Source: Hydrolagus colliei
Lineage: Eukaryota
Assembly (NCBI GenBank): GCA_035084275.1
Contig: CM068761.1
Span: forward strand, 372,001-436,000
Direction of reading: 5' to 3'
Length of the DNA: 64,000 bases
Shown: piece after piece, positions 22,716-36,765 of the stretch
Position numbering within the stretch: the first letter of the stretch is position 1
Layout of the letters: every line of letters starts with the position of its first letter
Notes under the pieces: generated by a model
Databases searched by the model: none
The model's input: only the letters and a program-made list of their open reading frames with translations
Told to the model about the DNA's origin: nothing
Translations under genes and position numbers: made by a program

Positions 22716-25700
22716 CACTATTATAATTAAAGACAGACTGGGTCTCTTATGTAAAATTGTCTTCATGAATGATGCCGATTAAACAGAGCAAATATTATGC
22801 AACTTTTTTTAATTACCGAAAAAATGACTAGATTTTAAAGTGGCTTATATTAAATCACCTGAGAATGCATCACTGCTCGCCAGGGATTGGCAAGGAAGTA
22901 TCTCAGTTTGGGCTGGATATAATCAGCAGATAATGGCGGCTACAATACATTACAATTTACATTGATTTAGAGCCTCTCATGTCACAAGGATGTCTGAAAG
23001 TGCTTGAGATAAAAGGAGCAAAATTGCTTATATATTTTTGAGCGAGGCAATATACAAGTGTGACAATCACAAGGGATAGCTAATCACTTTGCATACTCCG
23101 AACAAAACAAAAAAACACTTAATAAACCCCCCGATGTGAAGAGCACAGAACACAGCTTTTCCAATGCCTACAGAGCTCGGCAAACAAAAAAACCAGACTG
23201 AAATAGTCTGCGGTGATTGTGAGAATGCGGGAGATAAATCACACATGATGAAAAGCAAACAGCCTGTTGTGGCTGGGAGCTGCAATAAGTTGGGCTCAGC
23301 AGTCGATAAGCAGCCAGATTCTCTCCGAGGCAGAACATCCAATAAAAGGTGTCATCCTCCCACTGAGGGAAACAGGACCTATCCTGTGATCTGGCCACAC
23401 CAGCTACAGTTCAAAGCTCCAGGTCCACATTAGCAGCGCGAGCTGAGAGAGGCAGAGGGCGGATTCTGTGTGGCATGGCATACATGGTGTCACATGCAGA
23501 GTGTCTTGTATTACACGAATCTCACGTCAGGTTTTGTTGAAGCGCTGCAAATATATCGCTGACGATGTAGCTTCGGCTGAGTTATTTAATCAACCTCTGG
23601 CGTATTGGCTGTGTAAGCACAACAGCAGCCCCAACAACACTGAAAGCTTGATTTAAGAGTTTTCTTGTAGTAATTATTTACATTTCATGGTCTGCAAACC
23701 AACCATGAAATATAGATTTGACTGGAACCCTCTCAACTTTGGTTCATTTTCTCTCACAAGAGGCTGACCAGGCTGACAGCCTGATATAAACCATTCTGAA
23801 CGCCAGTTGAGGCCATGTACCTGCAAAGCTTCTCCCACAGACTGAAGCTCTGTGATTCACCGCGCAGTACACAGCGTGCGCATGTTGTTGGGAATCGAGC
23901 CTGACACATCGACTTGCCCAAGGCAGTGAAGCAGTGCAGGACGGAACAGCAGAGTGCATTATGAGTCTGATCTGGAAAAAAAAGGGGGCTAGCGATGGTG
24001 AGGAGGACAACAGTGAGAGGATTATTTATTCCACTTTCCCCCGGGGTAGACGGGTCTCTAGGCCGAGATTACACTCTGCGCTTGCCGACAATTCAGTGTG
24101 GGTTCGCCATCTCATTGGATGACAAAATACTATAAGTGGTTATCTCACACTATTAGCAAAAGTGCATTTATTTACAGTGTGCGTTATGTGTCCCGGTTTG
24201 AAAGCCGCTGTACAACTATAATTTTGACGTCGTTGGTGGAGGGATACTGGACAGAGAAAGATTTAATGTGAGCCATTTTCTGATCACAAGCTGCAGATAA
24301 CTGTAGAACAATTCAATCCACATTGGCCTGTCTGCAGGTGTTAAGGACTGTCCAGTGGCTACGGTCCTGGGGAGAGGGAGCACGCAGCTCAGGACCTTTA
24401 ATCCTAATAATAATAATCCCAATAGAGAAACAAGGAATTTAAGCACCTGAAGGAGAAGAGGGGCTGACACAGCCGGTGGAGGAAGATTTGTGGCCTTTTT
24501 TACATTAAACTAAAGTAAATGAGGAATTGGAAATCAGGTTAAAAACTAGATTAACATGAGGTGATGGAGAGGCTGAGAGACACCACTCCAAAGGGCATCA
24601 GTGACAGCAGGACTGAGCCTCTGATCGTCCTGTAAGGAGGTGTTTTAAATCAGACACTGCACTATTGTAGCTGCGAGGATCCCCTTAATGGTGTTTGAGT
24701 TTCCACTTTACCAGCTGTTAATGTGCCATGCTCTGACTCCACCACAATGTCAGGTTGCTAATCAGCATTGAGAACAGCTACTGCCTTTGGACATCTAAAT
24801 GTGCAGTTGTAAACATTCCCGTGAGCATTAACTAGGGCTCAGCTTGAGTATCTTCATTTTCAGCAGTCTGCCGTGTTATGAATAATTGAAAGTTATTCCA
24901 GATCCAACATTAGACAGACAGAGAATAGAGAGGGCACTGAAACGCCTGTATCATTGAAGCCCATTCTCAGTGCTCAGAGTGATGTGCCCAAGGCTTGTGG
25001 ACAGCTGGAAGCTGTTACCAGGAAGGGCAGTTGTGGGCAGGACACAAGGCACGTTAAGAAACTGCTCGCTGTGTGGGGGGGGGGGTCTCTGGAAAGGTGA
25101 GATCAAATGGGACGAAGGAACTTCATCTGAACCTCTCTTGTGATGGTTCACATGTTGGCAGGGGGTAAGGACATGACATGCTTGGCCCGGAATGTCTTCT
25201 GCCAACTTGCTTGTCCTCTCCACCCAGTTACTTAACTTGCATTCACTGCCTCAAAAATGTCCTGTAAGCACTGAGAATGATTTGTGCCACCAGATTGTGC
25301 AGTATAATGGCCTGCTTTCCCACACGGTTTGCTTGCCAGATGGTATTATAGTATGTTTGTGGGTCTTTAAAACACGTTCCAGCTTTTACCATCCCCACCC
25401 TGTTCTATCAGGTTCACACCCAGCCCTAGACATACACACACAATAAAAACAACAACAAAATTACATTTGTACAGCGTCTTTCACGTCGGGAGGACATCCC
25501 AAGGCACAGGGTCTTTCCTGCGGAGACTGTGTAAGAGTAAGTCACAGTGCGTATCTATCGGTGGATGAATTTCTAGGTGATGGAGTTTCTGTCACCTCAT
25601 TGTTCCACCCTATGCGTGGAATCAAATATTAGCAAAAGCATGAGATATGAAAGCGGATGTAGGTGTGTGTGTTTGTGCGTGTGTAAAAGCATTAGCCTGG

Positions 25701-28006
25701 AATAAGGATCCATTATTCATAAAACGGCAGTTGTTATCAGATTTAATTTAATCTTCCCTCTACCCTGCTGGGAGCTATGAGAGGTACTGCCAGGAGCCTG
25801 CTCAAGCCTGTTAGTGTTCTAACAAGAAACAATCCTCACATTCGATACACACCTTTCTCATCAAGAGGGAGGTCTCAAAGCGCTTACTGTAAGGTGTAGT
25901 GACTGTGTCATCTGAAAGCAGGCTTTGTTACACTTCCTCTCAGCCACAACTTGCGCTCACTTTCACAGAAAGATCCCAAAGCTCCCTGGAATTAAAGCGT
26001 GATGTGGGTGGCCAGTTTGTCCCATTAACAATGATATGGGCATCCAATCGATGTGAGTGAAGTTGGAGAAGGAGTGCGTGCGTGTGTATGTATGTGTGTG
26101 TGGGGGAGGTATAACCCAGGGTAAACTGGATATAAACAGTCTTCCCTCCCTCAGCGATGAAACCATTGGATATTTAGAATAACATGAAGCGAAGACAGCC
26201 TGCAAACTGACTATTCTGTCCTCCCAGTCCGTGCCTGTGTTTATACCCCTCACCTGCCCTCCCTGTTTCCCCTCCAATTAATACTTCAATGATAGGGTGG
26301 GACCATGATCTGGACACTCAGTCAGGAGGCAACACCTCTCACCCAGATTCATTCTCTGCTCTAGGCTCCTACCTATCTGATCTCTTAGCAAACATTGGGT
26401 TACCATGGCAACTAAAAGCTAAGCTAAAAAAAAAGAGTAAACGTACATCCCAAATCTCAATTATTAACAGGAGACTTTTCTAAAAACTCTTGACAAGTAA
26501 TGGCCCATATATTGCTCAAAGATGTAACGTCCTGAATATCTAATCTTCAGTTTTATTGCTAAAATTATATTTCCCTGATGTCACAGGGAAGAATCTCAGT
26601 CATTCTTTCACATTATCCATTCGACCCGTGCATTGTGCAGCGAGAACTCTCCATTTGAAGACAGACAAGCAATATTTCTCTGCCAATAAATGTCAAGGGA
26701 GAGATTAAAGATTCTGAACTTTTTCAGCGACCAACTTTAATCAAAAAGCATTAACCTTTCTGAATTTCAGATGGGTATTGTCGGATTGGCACTTAATTCA
26801 TCTTTTAGATGGCCAGATATTACCAAGAAACAGGCATCTCCCCAGTACAGCGGGTCATCAAACCCTCCCAGGTTTGATACACGACCTGCGATGTCAGAGT
26901 AGTGACCAATAGTTCCCAGCCAATAGTTGTTGTGTTTAATAATCCTTGATGCATCAGGATAATGCATTATTACATCTCAAAGCGCTCCACAAGACTTTAC
27001 TGTAAAGTCTAGTGACTGTATATGTTGTACGCAAACACAGCATGTGATTTCTGGTTTCTGTACGTTCCGCAAACAGCCGGGTGTGTCCGGCACATTTCTC
27101 TCTATCAGAACTCAGGTCATTTCCACTCAAAACCATATTTGAGGCATTCGAGAAAGACACAGCTGAGGGCCAGTGAAAGATGTAATTTCAGTAAGCCTGG
27201 CTAGTCTGTTGACGCCACACTCACCCTAGCACTGAGCTCTTGTGCATTGATTTGTTCTGAGAATCTAGGTGGTAGAGGCAGGTCAGTCAATATGCTGAGT
27301 CTATAGTCATTCAATGAATATAGCTCACATGGTGCAATCCAATCCCCAGACACAGAGACTGCTCCTTAATGAATGCTCAAATGATAAGGATTGACAAGGG
27401 CAAAGCTTTTCTAGCTGATTGCCGCTGCCCTGCTCCACACACTTCTGTGGGCTCTACTGCCTGAATATGAATTCACACACACACACTGAATATCTAACCT
27501 CCAGTGGGATTTGCAACCAGCCTTTGCAGCTCTCTTGGTTGAGCTCCACACCACATGTGGCACACCAAGATCTGACCCTGATGCCACATGTCTCCGGCAG
27601 TGACCCAGAGCTGGTCAGAATGTCAGTCCTGCTTTACAGCAGCCTTTTCCATGCCTGCTGCTCCTCCCTACACTACATTATTAGCAACTTTCTATGGCTG
27701 GAATCCGAGGATTAACCTCAGCCATGAACTCATCCTCTGTTGTTTTTGTACCAATATGTATCTGTCTGAGTCTCTATGAGTTGTGTACAGTAATCCTCAG
27801 GAAAATGGCGTGAGTTCAATCTGCTGGGAGCTTGAGGGTGCCTTGATTTGCCTGATTTATGTTGAGATTATGTAATAGAATGGGTCTCGGGTCACACACG
27901 TGGATGTTAGCAGCAGCTACACAATTTACTTGGTCTTTTGGTTTAAATGATACCTTTGGTGGCTCCAAGCTTTGCTATTTAGCTTTGGAGCAAATCACAT
28001 TCTACT

Positions 28007-28031
28007 TCTCTCTCTCTCTCTCTCTCTCTCT
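28007..28031. repeat. (CT)n microsatellite
   Basis: Directly visible. Confidence 0.9.
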
Positions 28032-28777
28032 GCGGCTGATAGGAGCTGGCCGGCAGACAAGCCTTGACCGAGCCAGATAGGCAAAGTAAAGAGCATTGTT
28101 GGGAATCTTTCAGGACTCTCACGCACGTCACTGTTGCTTACACGCTCCTCCCAAAGCTCCAAATGCATCGTGCAGAATGCTGATCTGCTTGTTTGAGACA
28201 GTCACTGGAGGCTAAGCCACCAGGGCACTGGGCTCGTGGCTATGGGTATAAATGAACTTGAGCGAGGTTATCTAGTTAATGCAGTGCAGGAATCTCTGTG
28301 TCCCAGGGCTCCTTGCTTTCCTTGAAACATAACAGTTTAGATCAGATAAAACCTATGATACATATCTATTAGTTGATGTGAAGTGAGTGTGAAGGAGCTG
28401 GATTGCGATGAGGAATGACACTGACAGGCTCATCCTTGAGTATCTATGACAGGTTGGGGCGGCTTTTGTTGCTGTGAAGGCGGCCTCTGGCGATTGCTGT
28501 AAGCTCTTCACAAAGGTTCTTCTCGGAAGGAAAGAGCGAAGGATTTGCTGTGTTTGGTGCTGAAGCACATAATGCTGACCTCTACAACTACTCTCTGGGA
28601 ACGAGGCTCGTCTCTTGGTTTCATCGCGCGCGTGTGTGTGTCTTGCGGACATTATTCGTGGCTTCTGATCTGAAGATTTCAGATGCGGTATTGACTTCAA
28701 GACTGGCGTCCAGTATTAAGGCGGGGGGTTTGTATGAAGCCAGTAAGACAGCAATGTTTCTGACTTCCCTCCCTCAG

Positions 28778-28963
28778 GTCTGGCAGTGCGGAGGCAGCAT
28801 GGAGGTCCTGCCCTGCTCCAGAGTGGCTCACATCGAACGTACAAAGAAGCCTTACAACAATGACATTGACTACTACGCCAAGAGAAACTCGCTGCGGGCA
28901 GCAGAAGTCTGGATGGATGAATTCAAGTCCCATGTGTACATGGCCTGGAATATCCCAATGAAT
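28778..28963 (+). CDS. GALNT9: GALNT9 coding exon (likely exon 7)
   Basis: Acceptor ttccctccctcag|GTC and donor AAT|gtaagt at 28964. 186 nt, phase 0->0. Translates VWQCGGSMEVLPCSRVAHIERTKKPYNNDIDYYAKRNSLRAAEVWMDEFKSHVYMAWNIPMN. Confidence 0.97.
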
Positions 28964-29574
28964 GTAAGTAATGGAGGGTACAGTCACTGTCACGTAGCTG
29001 AAGATAAGATGATCTCTGAGTCACAGACAGTTACATCACTACCTTCTCTCACAGGTTGTAAAATTCCCTTTATTTAGCACATTCTCGTCATGTGTGTGGG
29101 GGAAAAAAATAACCGTCAGCCTAAAGAAATGACGTGGAAAACACTCACATAACAGACATAACCGTGGGCTTCCGGCATGCGTGTTACCACATCGAGGTCA
29201 CCAAAGCGTAGCTCCAATTATAGATGTCTTTGTATGAACAGAATAGGAATGTTTACCAGGGCTGTCATTTTTTAGGATGGTGCAAAGAATAAAATGACTG
29301 TAGAGTGATGCTGAGCGGAGGCCTAGAGCTCCTCCTGCAGGAGAAGCTAAGACACAGGGAACTGTCCCTCTGGGGATGGTGTCTGTCGCCCAAAACCGTC
29401 TCCTCAGCTCCTAGTCGCTGTGCACAGTTTGTCAGTCTTTTGTCTTGACTCCAAGCTGACAGAGTGGGGAAATATACCAAACAGAAATCAAGTAGATGTA
29501 AAATGTAAAAACAAAGCCCAACAGAGAGCAAGGCACTTTTATATCAATATTTTCTCTCTTTGTTACATTGACAG

Positions 29575-29712
29575 AATCCTGGTGTTGATTTTGGCGACGT
29601 GTCCGAGAGAATCACGCTCCGAAATAAACTCCAGTGTCGGAGCTTCAAGTGGTATCTGGACAACGTTTACCCTGAAATGAGGATTTACAACAACACCATC
29701 ACCTATGGAGAG
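29575..29712 (+). CDS. GALNT9: GALNT9 coding exon (likely exon 8), end of catalytic domain / linker
   Basis: Acceptor cattgacag|AAT and donor GAG|gtatct at 29713. 138 nt, phase 0->0. Translates NPGVDFGDVSERITLRNKLQCRSFKWYLDNVYPEMRIYNNTITYGE. Confidence 0.96.
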
Positions 29713-31832
29713 GTATCTGAGAACACGGGTCCAAGGTGCCAACTCCCCCACTGTCCAACACATTTTAATTGGGATTAATAGATTTGCCAAGGTCGTAACA
29801 AACTAGTGCAACAGGCTTGATGGGCTGAATGCCTCCTTCTGTTTCTGGTTTCCTCTGAGCCTTCTGCATTACAGCCTGCAGTTTGTTTTCTGGAGAAAAG
29901 GTTTTTGAATAATGGATCTCCTTTCCTTAAAGGTAAAACAAGGTTAAACTCCAGAGCACCCCTGGCACCTCGCCTCCCGCATGGACCTAGATCATGAGAG
30001 ATTTAGATGAAGATCTCAGAATCCTGACCTACAAATGGTTCTTTAACAAACAGGGGTGTGTTGGCCAAGCAAGGTCAAGTAACTTTTTGAGTCTTTTGGA
30101 CTCATCCTTATCCTTGCTGACGTCTGCTGGAATGGAAAATAAGGCTGATTTCATCCCAAGTATCGAGGATATTTCTGGGTGAATCTGGTCCTATAGTTTC
30201 CATTATCACCCAACATATCTAATTTAGAGAAGAGTTTGGCAATTTGTCCTCAAACTCTCCGCGTGCACCAGGAACAGTGGGTTCATTGTCAGCAGCACAG
30301 ATGTTGCTCTGAATATTCATCCTTCCCTTGTCTGATTTGCAACTGAAAACTCACCAGGTGTTCAATGTTAGTCATTGTCTCACACCCCATCTCTGTGGCT
30401 CAACAGAACATTCCTACACTGGGCTGCCAGCCACCCCATCTGCAGGTTTCTTTCTAAAATGATCATTAGAGTCTGAAGTCAGTAAGTCTTGAAGGAGAAT
30501 AACTTGGCTGAGGGAGAGCAGGCTTGGTACTCACGTCATGAATTGCTTGTTTAAGCATTTTAGGCAGATTGACAAGTTTCTAACCCACTGGGAGAATGTT
30601 AAATTGCTTGCAATCTTGTATTCTAGCGCCATGAAATGGAAGGCGATTTCCCTTCTGGATGATCCAGCAAAACAAACGGTACAATTCCTTTCAGTTGTTA
30701 CAGTATCAGATGGTGTGTTGATTTGGGCTGTGTCTGGGGCAGGTTGCCAGCCAGTCTGTGGATTTCACATCATGGGGTGTAGGCTAACAACTCCACTTGA
30801 TACACAGCATGGTTAATGTGTACAATCATTAGTGAATGTGTTTAACCCCAAACACCTTTCTTCCTGCTCAGTTCTAACAAGCCTTTGTCCTGTTTCTGAA
30901 AGCCCTCTCCGCCATCACGCGATAGAAAAGCCATACTCCACTGACTTGTTCTCTTTCTCAGAGAAAGTTTTGCCTTTCCCTCAGTTCAGAGGGCAACGTT
31001 TAATGAAGTGAATCAATAATTTGTGAAGTTGGTGTAAGCATCTGGGCAGTTTGCTTGAGTTTCGCCTGAAGGTATAAAACGATCAGGCGATGCAGACACT
31101 GTGTTTAATTTCCCTGCAGAATATTTGGAAGCTTATTGCACCAGTCTGTGGTAATTCCCTGCTTCTCACAGACGATTCTTATCAGGACAGTTCTCAATCT
31201 CCACCAGACACAGTATAAGGAGCCGTAGGCCAGTCCTGGGTCACAGAGCAGCCTTCATTCCACTCCAGGCTGGAGTGGCCTGGAGAACTGTGGACAGTAC
31301 TGCAATGGGTTTAATGTTTCTATAAATGAAACACAAACAACCTGAGAGTAGCTAACGGCAGTGAGGAGAAGAGGAGTCTTGATGAACCTCTGTTGTCCGA
31401 CTGTGTTAGGCAATCTGAGGAAGATGTCAAGCAGCCAGTATTTGCTGGCAGAGCAGCGTCCTCAGTAATAACTCCAGGAAAGTCTCTGCTGTTCATTCTC
31501 CTTGGGTTTCCTTCAGAACACTTTGCATTTCTGCTTTTACACATTGTAGATTTACTGTGACAAGCACACTCTCTTTTCACCTCCTCCAGAGCAAGGCTGA
31601 CAGACTTACGATTGATTCTGATATACTCATTAAATCAAAGACTCAGCCAGAACTGTAATAATAACTTATCATATCACGTTGCTGGCATGAATGGCATAAA
31701 TCCCTAAAACACACAGTCACTACACGTTACCAGAAGCTTTGAGACATTCTGACAATGTGGCGAGACACTGCATCACACGCATGGACTGATTATTGACAGT
31801 AAGAATGATGCCTTGTTTATTTTGTCCCACAG

Positions 31833-31928
31833 GTGAGGAACAACAAGGCCAGCGGATACTGTTTGGACCAAGGTGCTGAGGAAGACGACAAAGCGATTCT
31901 GTACCCATGTCATGGAATGACATCGCAG
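31833..31928 (+). CDS. GALNT9: GALNT9 coding exon (likely exon 9), ricin-B lectin alpha repeat
   Basis: Acceptor ttttgtcccacag|GTG and donor CAG|gtaggc at 31929. 96 nt, phase 0->0. Translates VRNNKASGYCLDQGAEEDDKAILYPCHGMTSQ (CLD motif). Confidence 0.96.
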
Positions 31929-34900
31929 GTAGGCCTGACACTCTGCCAGACAATCTGTCACTTAAACTTTCCTCTCATCAAGCCCAAAAGGAGCAACAAG
32001 TATCAGCCTGGGTTTGCCTTTGTAGATTGTTGGTGGTCAGAGACCACTTGATAAGGAACAGGCCTCCTTGGATGTGCATGTGTCTACTTTACAATTTACT
32101 GTAGTCACCTGCGAGCTTCTCAAACTGTCGTACACAGTCTAAATCCCAAAGAGAAACTGGTCCCTTATCACTACGGTCAGACTAACCAGCTTGTGGCCCA
32201 GGGAAAGTCTGCACATCTGTATCTGCCACAGAGAATAAGGAACAATGGGAAGTGGGGGGGTGAGGCGACCTCAAAGAGAATATAAAATGAAAAGAGGAAA
32301 ACTTTGCATTGAAGGAGGAAGCTCGATGTTTGCTTCAATACCGTTGCTGTGATAATACACATCGACAAACAAATCTCATAGCTGCCATCAAGTACCTCTT
32401 TGGGTGACAGAGGCCTGTTAGTTTGGGAAGTAGACATCAAACAGAGAGTGCATAGTCAGGTTCTCCTCCTTTACAGATGATTTCATTGTTTTTGGAGTAA
32501 GAAATCCTGATGGAAGTCGGCAGTCATGCAAACTGTCTATCTCATTGCATTCCCCTTCTTTGTAGCCTCAGAAATCTGTACAGTATTTGTTCAATCCACT
32601 GTATTTTTCTACTTTGACTGCTGTAGTTTCCTCACCACCAGGGCTTTGCTTGTGTGGTACCTGGTTGTTACAAGAGACAAAACAACTTGTAGGGAGTTAA
32701 AATAAATCCTTTGCTGAGGTCAGCGATTCACTGAATCCCTGAAAAGCTACTAGAGATTTGCTGGACACTGCAAATCAGCCTTGTCTCTCCGCACCGGACA
32801 GTCTGAGATATCCATTTCTGTCTTCACTGAACTGGTTATCTACAGACTCTGTTTACAGGCTCATGAAATACAAGTTATCAGATCTTTAGATGGTATAATA
32901 TACAGACTTCACCCTCAACCAGATACAGTACTCAGTAAAGGGGCTAAAAGCCATCAATTCAAACCAGATGATTACTTTGGATGGATACTCAGGGAGTCAA
33001 ACTATTGAGGGATACAGCAGGCAGTGAGGGTGGAGTACATGAGCCACGTGTATGTTGGAGAGGAGAAACAGCCTCCTATGTCCTATTGCAATCTTGTGAT
33101 TTCAAATCCACGTTACTGCACACAGTCACACAGCGGAACGTTGCAATTGCCTTGACTGTGTGAGGGACGGACCGGGAAATTCATGATCCTGCAGTTAAGC
33201 TTGTGTGAGCTTTCGATTAGAGTTCTCCCGTGTGTGGCCTCTCCCCATCCCAGTCATGATATTCTGTTTGTCAGTGTTTTGTGCTGCTCAGTCCCTCGCA
33301 GTGACCTCTGCCATTTCTAGGCCACGACAAACAGGCACAGGTTTACAGTCTGATCCAGTTTGTGCCCCCTCACAACTCACGTTCAGTAACATCAGCCTGA
33401 GACTGTGAATCGCAATCTGCCTGCGCTGTCCCACTGTGACAGTGTGATTGACAGGCTGATTGGGGGCCAGCACACTGAGCCATAAATAATGTTAATATAA
33501 TATATAGCAAGGCATTCTCTTGCTTTCAGCGAAAGGAAAGTCAAACAGGAAAATATTGATTTCACCTCATCAAACGCAGAGCACAAAACCCCAGTAGAGT
33601 TTCTGAGGCTTCATACAAATCCTACAAGATATCAAAGTAAGTATTTCCAATTCATATCAAACAAAAAGTGTCAGGTGAATGTTGTAGCTTTTAATAACAG
33701 CTGCTGGCCCACTTGCCCCCCGGGATCATCTGCAGCATTGCCCAGAGCCGCCAATAGCAACTTGTCTTTGTTCACACGGTGGGCAGGTACATGTGTATAC
33801 TACACAATTAGGTGAATCTGACCTTTACTGGTGTATCTCTGGAGCGGCTTTCCTATAACTCCTTGTTCCTATTGTGCTTTCCATGTCATATTTCAACTCC
33901 AAAGGCCATATGGAAACTCGGCAAGGTTGTTCACAGCAGTCGTCCTGTAAGTGCTTTGAGATGCTGCAGGCTCTGTATAGAGTGTGAGGATGGTTCTTAT
34001 AAGAGCAGTTGGGAAAAGCAAACCTGATTTACAGTTGAGGTTTTGATGTAGGTCCCAGGTTTGGCAAATGAAGGAAACAGCACTGTGCTCTCAGGTGCAC
34101 AGTAAGATTTAACTCTGAAATGAGTGCCTGACGTAAGGGATTTCCTATTTAATCTTTACAAAGAAAGTCAGTAAATTATTGACAGGCCATGTCACCCAGC
34201 AGCACTGCCTCGACTCTAAATTATTGAAACCAGTGAGATTACCTCCCGGCCACCGCCACCATCACAAACTCTCTCAGTGATCAGTGCCCAAAGATCAGCC
34301 TCCAAACCACTCACCGCCTCGTGAGAGAACAACAAACAGAGCCTTTCACGTCAGGAGACGTCTGAAAAGCACATTGTCATATTGGTCTGTTCAAGTGGAC
34401 TTCCGTCACCTATAAAATAGACAGTCACTACACTTTTACAGCAATTACTGTGAAGGGCTTTGAGATTTTTGATACAATAAGGCACTGTATCATATGCAAG
34501 GATTATTATATCACTGTTCTATAACTGGGCTGAACAGAAAATACTCAATACCGTGAACCTCTTCTGTGTAAAGAAACCGAGTGAGAACCTGGCTCCTGAC
34601 ACAGAGAATATCTGCTGCAGATTCATCACTCTCCAGAATGTTGCATTTGAATAAAAACAAAACAAAAGTGGATATCTCAATTTCCAATGGCTGCAATTGT
34701 GCTGCACACTCAAACAAAGGTACCCTGAAGGGATGTGCCATTGAGCAGGATTGAGTGAAACACAAGCGAACAGTGAAGAAGATTCCTATGCTTTACAGTA
34801 CTTCACTTAACATGTAATTTAATAACACAACACTAAAAATCGGAGCTCTCTTGATACTCACTCTGGCAAGAGTCTAACTGTAGTTCAAGAGAACACAAAC

Positions 34901-35145
34901 TCTTGTGTCTTGTTAGTCAGATTTAGGGCTTTAATTCAGGTTGCTGCTCGTTGTTCCTTTCCCCAGAACTATTTGCCTCTAATGCTCAGGTTGCGTTTGG
35001 ATTATTATCCCAAGACATTGCTTTGGGCTGGACTATAGGCCATGTTTTAGAGGCCCTCGAGTTCACAGTACAGAAGGAAGCTGTTCAGCACATCAGACGT
35101 GTATTGGTGCTAGCTCCACCACTGGAACTGTCCATTCCCACCAGC

Positions 35146-35368
35146 AATAATAATAAAAATAATCCTTACATTTGATATAACGCCTTATCACATCTTCAAG
35201 ATGTCTCAAAGTGCTTCACAGAATATACTGTCAAATGAATTGACTATATTTTGTGGAAGAAGCTACTCGCCCTTTCCCCGTGTATTTAACGTTAGTTTAT
35301 CTCAAGTGGTCCGAGACGTCGCCCGGCGCGGAGGGTGCTATATTAATGGAAGCTGTTGTTGTTGTTGT
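35146..35368. mobile_element. Minus-strand SINE tail (35146-35255) followed by a plus-strand L2-type tail (35300-35368)
   Basis: aatccttacatttgatataacgcc..., then gagacgtcgcccggcgcggagggtgctatatt...gttgttgttgttg. Confidence 0.75.
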
Positions 35369-36074
35369 GGTGGTAAAGGCATCTTATCCAAGTGCAATTC
35401 AAAAGATGGGAGTGGAACGATTGAGATTTTAATTGCCCCCCACCATCCTCTACTCTGGGAAATCTCTCAATCTGACATTAGTGGTCACACTGTTGATTAA
35501 TGGGATTCGGATAATTTTTTTCCTCCACTTTCCAGATAGATAGTACACACCCTTAGGCTCATATAATTAAATGTCTAAACACTGTTCTATACTGGGAGCT
35601 GGTATTCATATTAAACTGTGCCAATTGCATAATGTGTTGCCATGCAAATCTCGATAAAGACAAGTTTGTGTTATTTTGATTAATTACATTTTCTTATGAA
35701 TAATTCCCGAGGAGAGTTTCTATCAGCCTCCGACCAGGAGATTACAGTTTTCATTTGCTTCAAGCATACATGAGGATTTCCTCCAATGAATCTCATCATT
35801 TCAGTTCACTCCTGAGGAAGTGATACTTTGAGGCAAATGTCTTTCCTTGCCCCTCTCCCTCCTGCTCTCTCGCCCTCTCCTGATCCGTTGTACTACACAT
35901 GGCCTTTTTAAAGAAACCCTAAAGCCAGATAGTTGGGATCCATGCATCCCACTGACAGAAATTGCTCTTCAAAACAACAAACAGAAGCACCATAAAAGAG
36001 TAATGACAAAACTTTAATGCTAACAACTGAGGACCCTCGTGTCTCAGAGACTCTGAGAGACTGGCACATACATC

Positions 36075-36765
36075 GTTACTCTATCACCGCCTCCACCCTT
36101 AACTCCAGGATCACTGCTGTCCTGACAGAATGTCTGTCAGAAATCAAGTCCTGGATGAGAGATAACTTTCTTCAGTTGAACATCAACAAGACCGATACAT
36201 TCTGATTGGCACTCGTCAGCGCCTCCACACCTCAGGCGCTGATCGCATCACTATCCGAGGATACACACTCCACCTCTCTGTGCCAGTCCGGAACCTCGGC
36301 GTCTTGTTTGACCCTCTACTAACCTTTCTACCCCACATCCGTGCCATGACCTGCTCTGCCATCCCCCACCTCCACAACATTGGGCGGCTCCACCACTGCC
36401 TCACTCCGCAGGCTGCTGAAACTCTCCTGCGCACATTCAATATACAGTTCAAGATCCTGGTCCTCACGTTCAAAGCCTGCCATGGCCTTGCTCCTCCCTA
36501 CTGCTGCGGCTTTCTAAACACCTACCAACCTGCCTAGCAGACTTTGGCCTGCTTCACTTTCCCCACCAAGCTTGTCCCACCGTTGGCGAGCCTCCTTGCC
36601 TCATTTAAGACCAGTCTCAAGACCTTCCTCTTTGACTATGCCTTTGGTCACCCTCCTTCCTCCCCTCCCTGTGTTTGCCTACAATTCCAGTCACTACACT
36701 TTACAGTAATTCCTGTGAAGCACTTTGAGATGTGATAATTTGCTATATCAAATGCAAGGATTATT
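36075..36765 (+). mobile_element. Internally deleted L2 LINE fragment ending in a SINE-type tail
   Basis: Peptides CLSEIKSWMRDNFLQLNINKT, VRNLGVLFDPLLTFLPHI and FKILVLTFKACHGLAPPY are typical of L2 ORF2. 36690-36765 is the SINE tail (atcaaatgcaaggattatt). Confidence 0.88.

Noticed and set aside
28550-29077. 175-aa ORF as a standalone gene
   Set aside because: Only 28778-28963 is coding (GALNT9 exon 7). The flanks are intronic read-through bounded by canonical splice sites.
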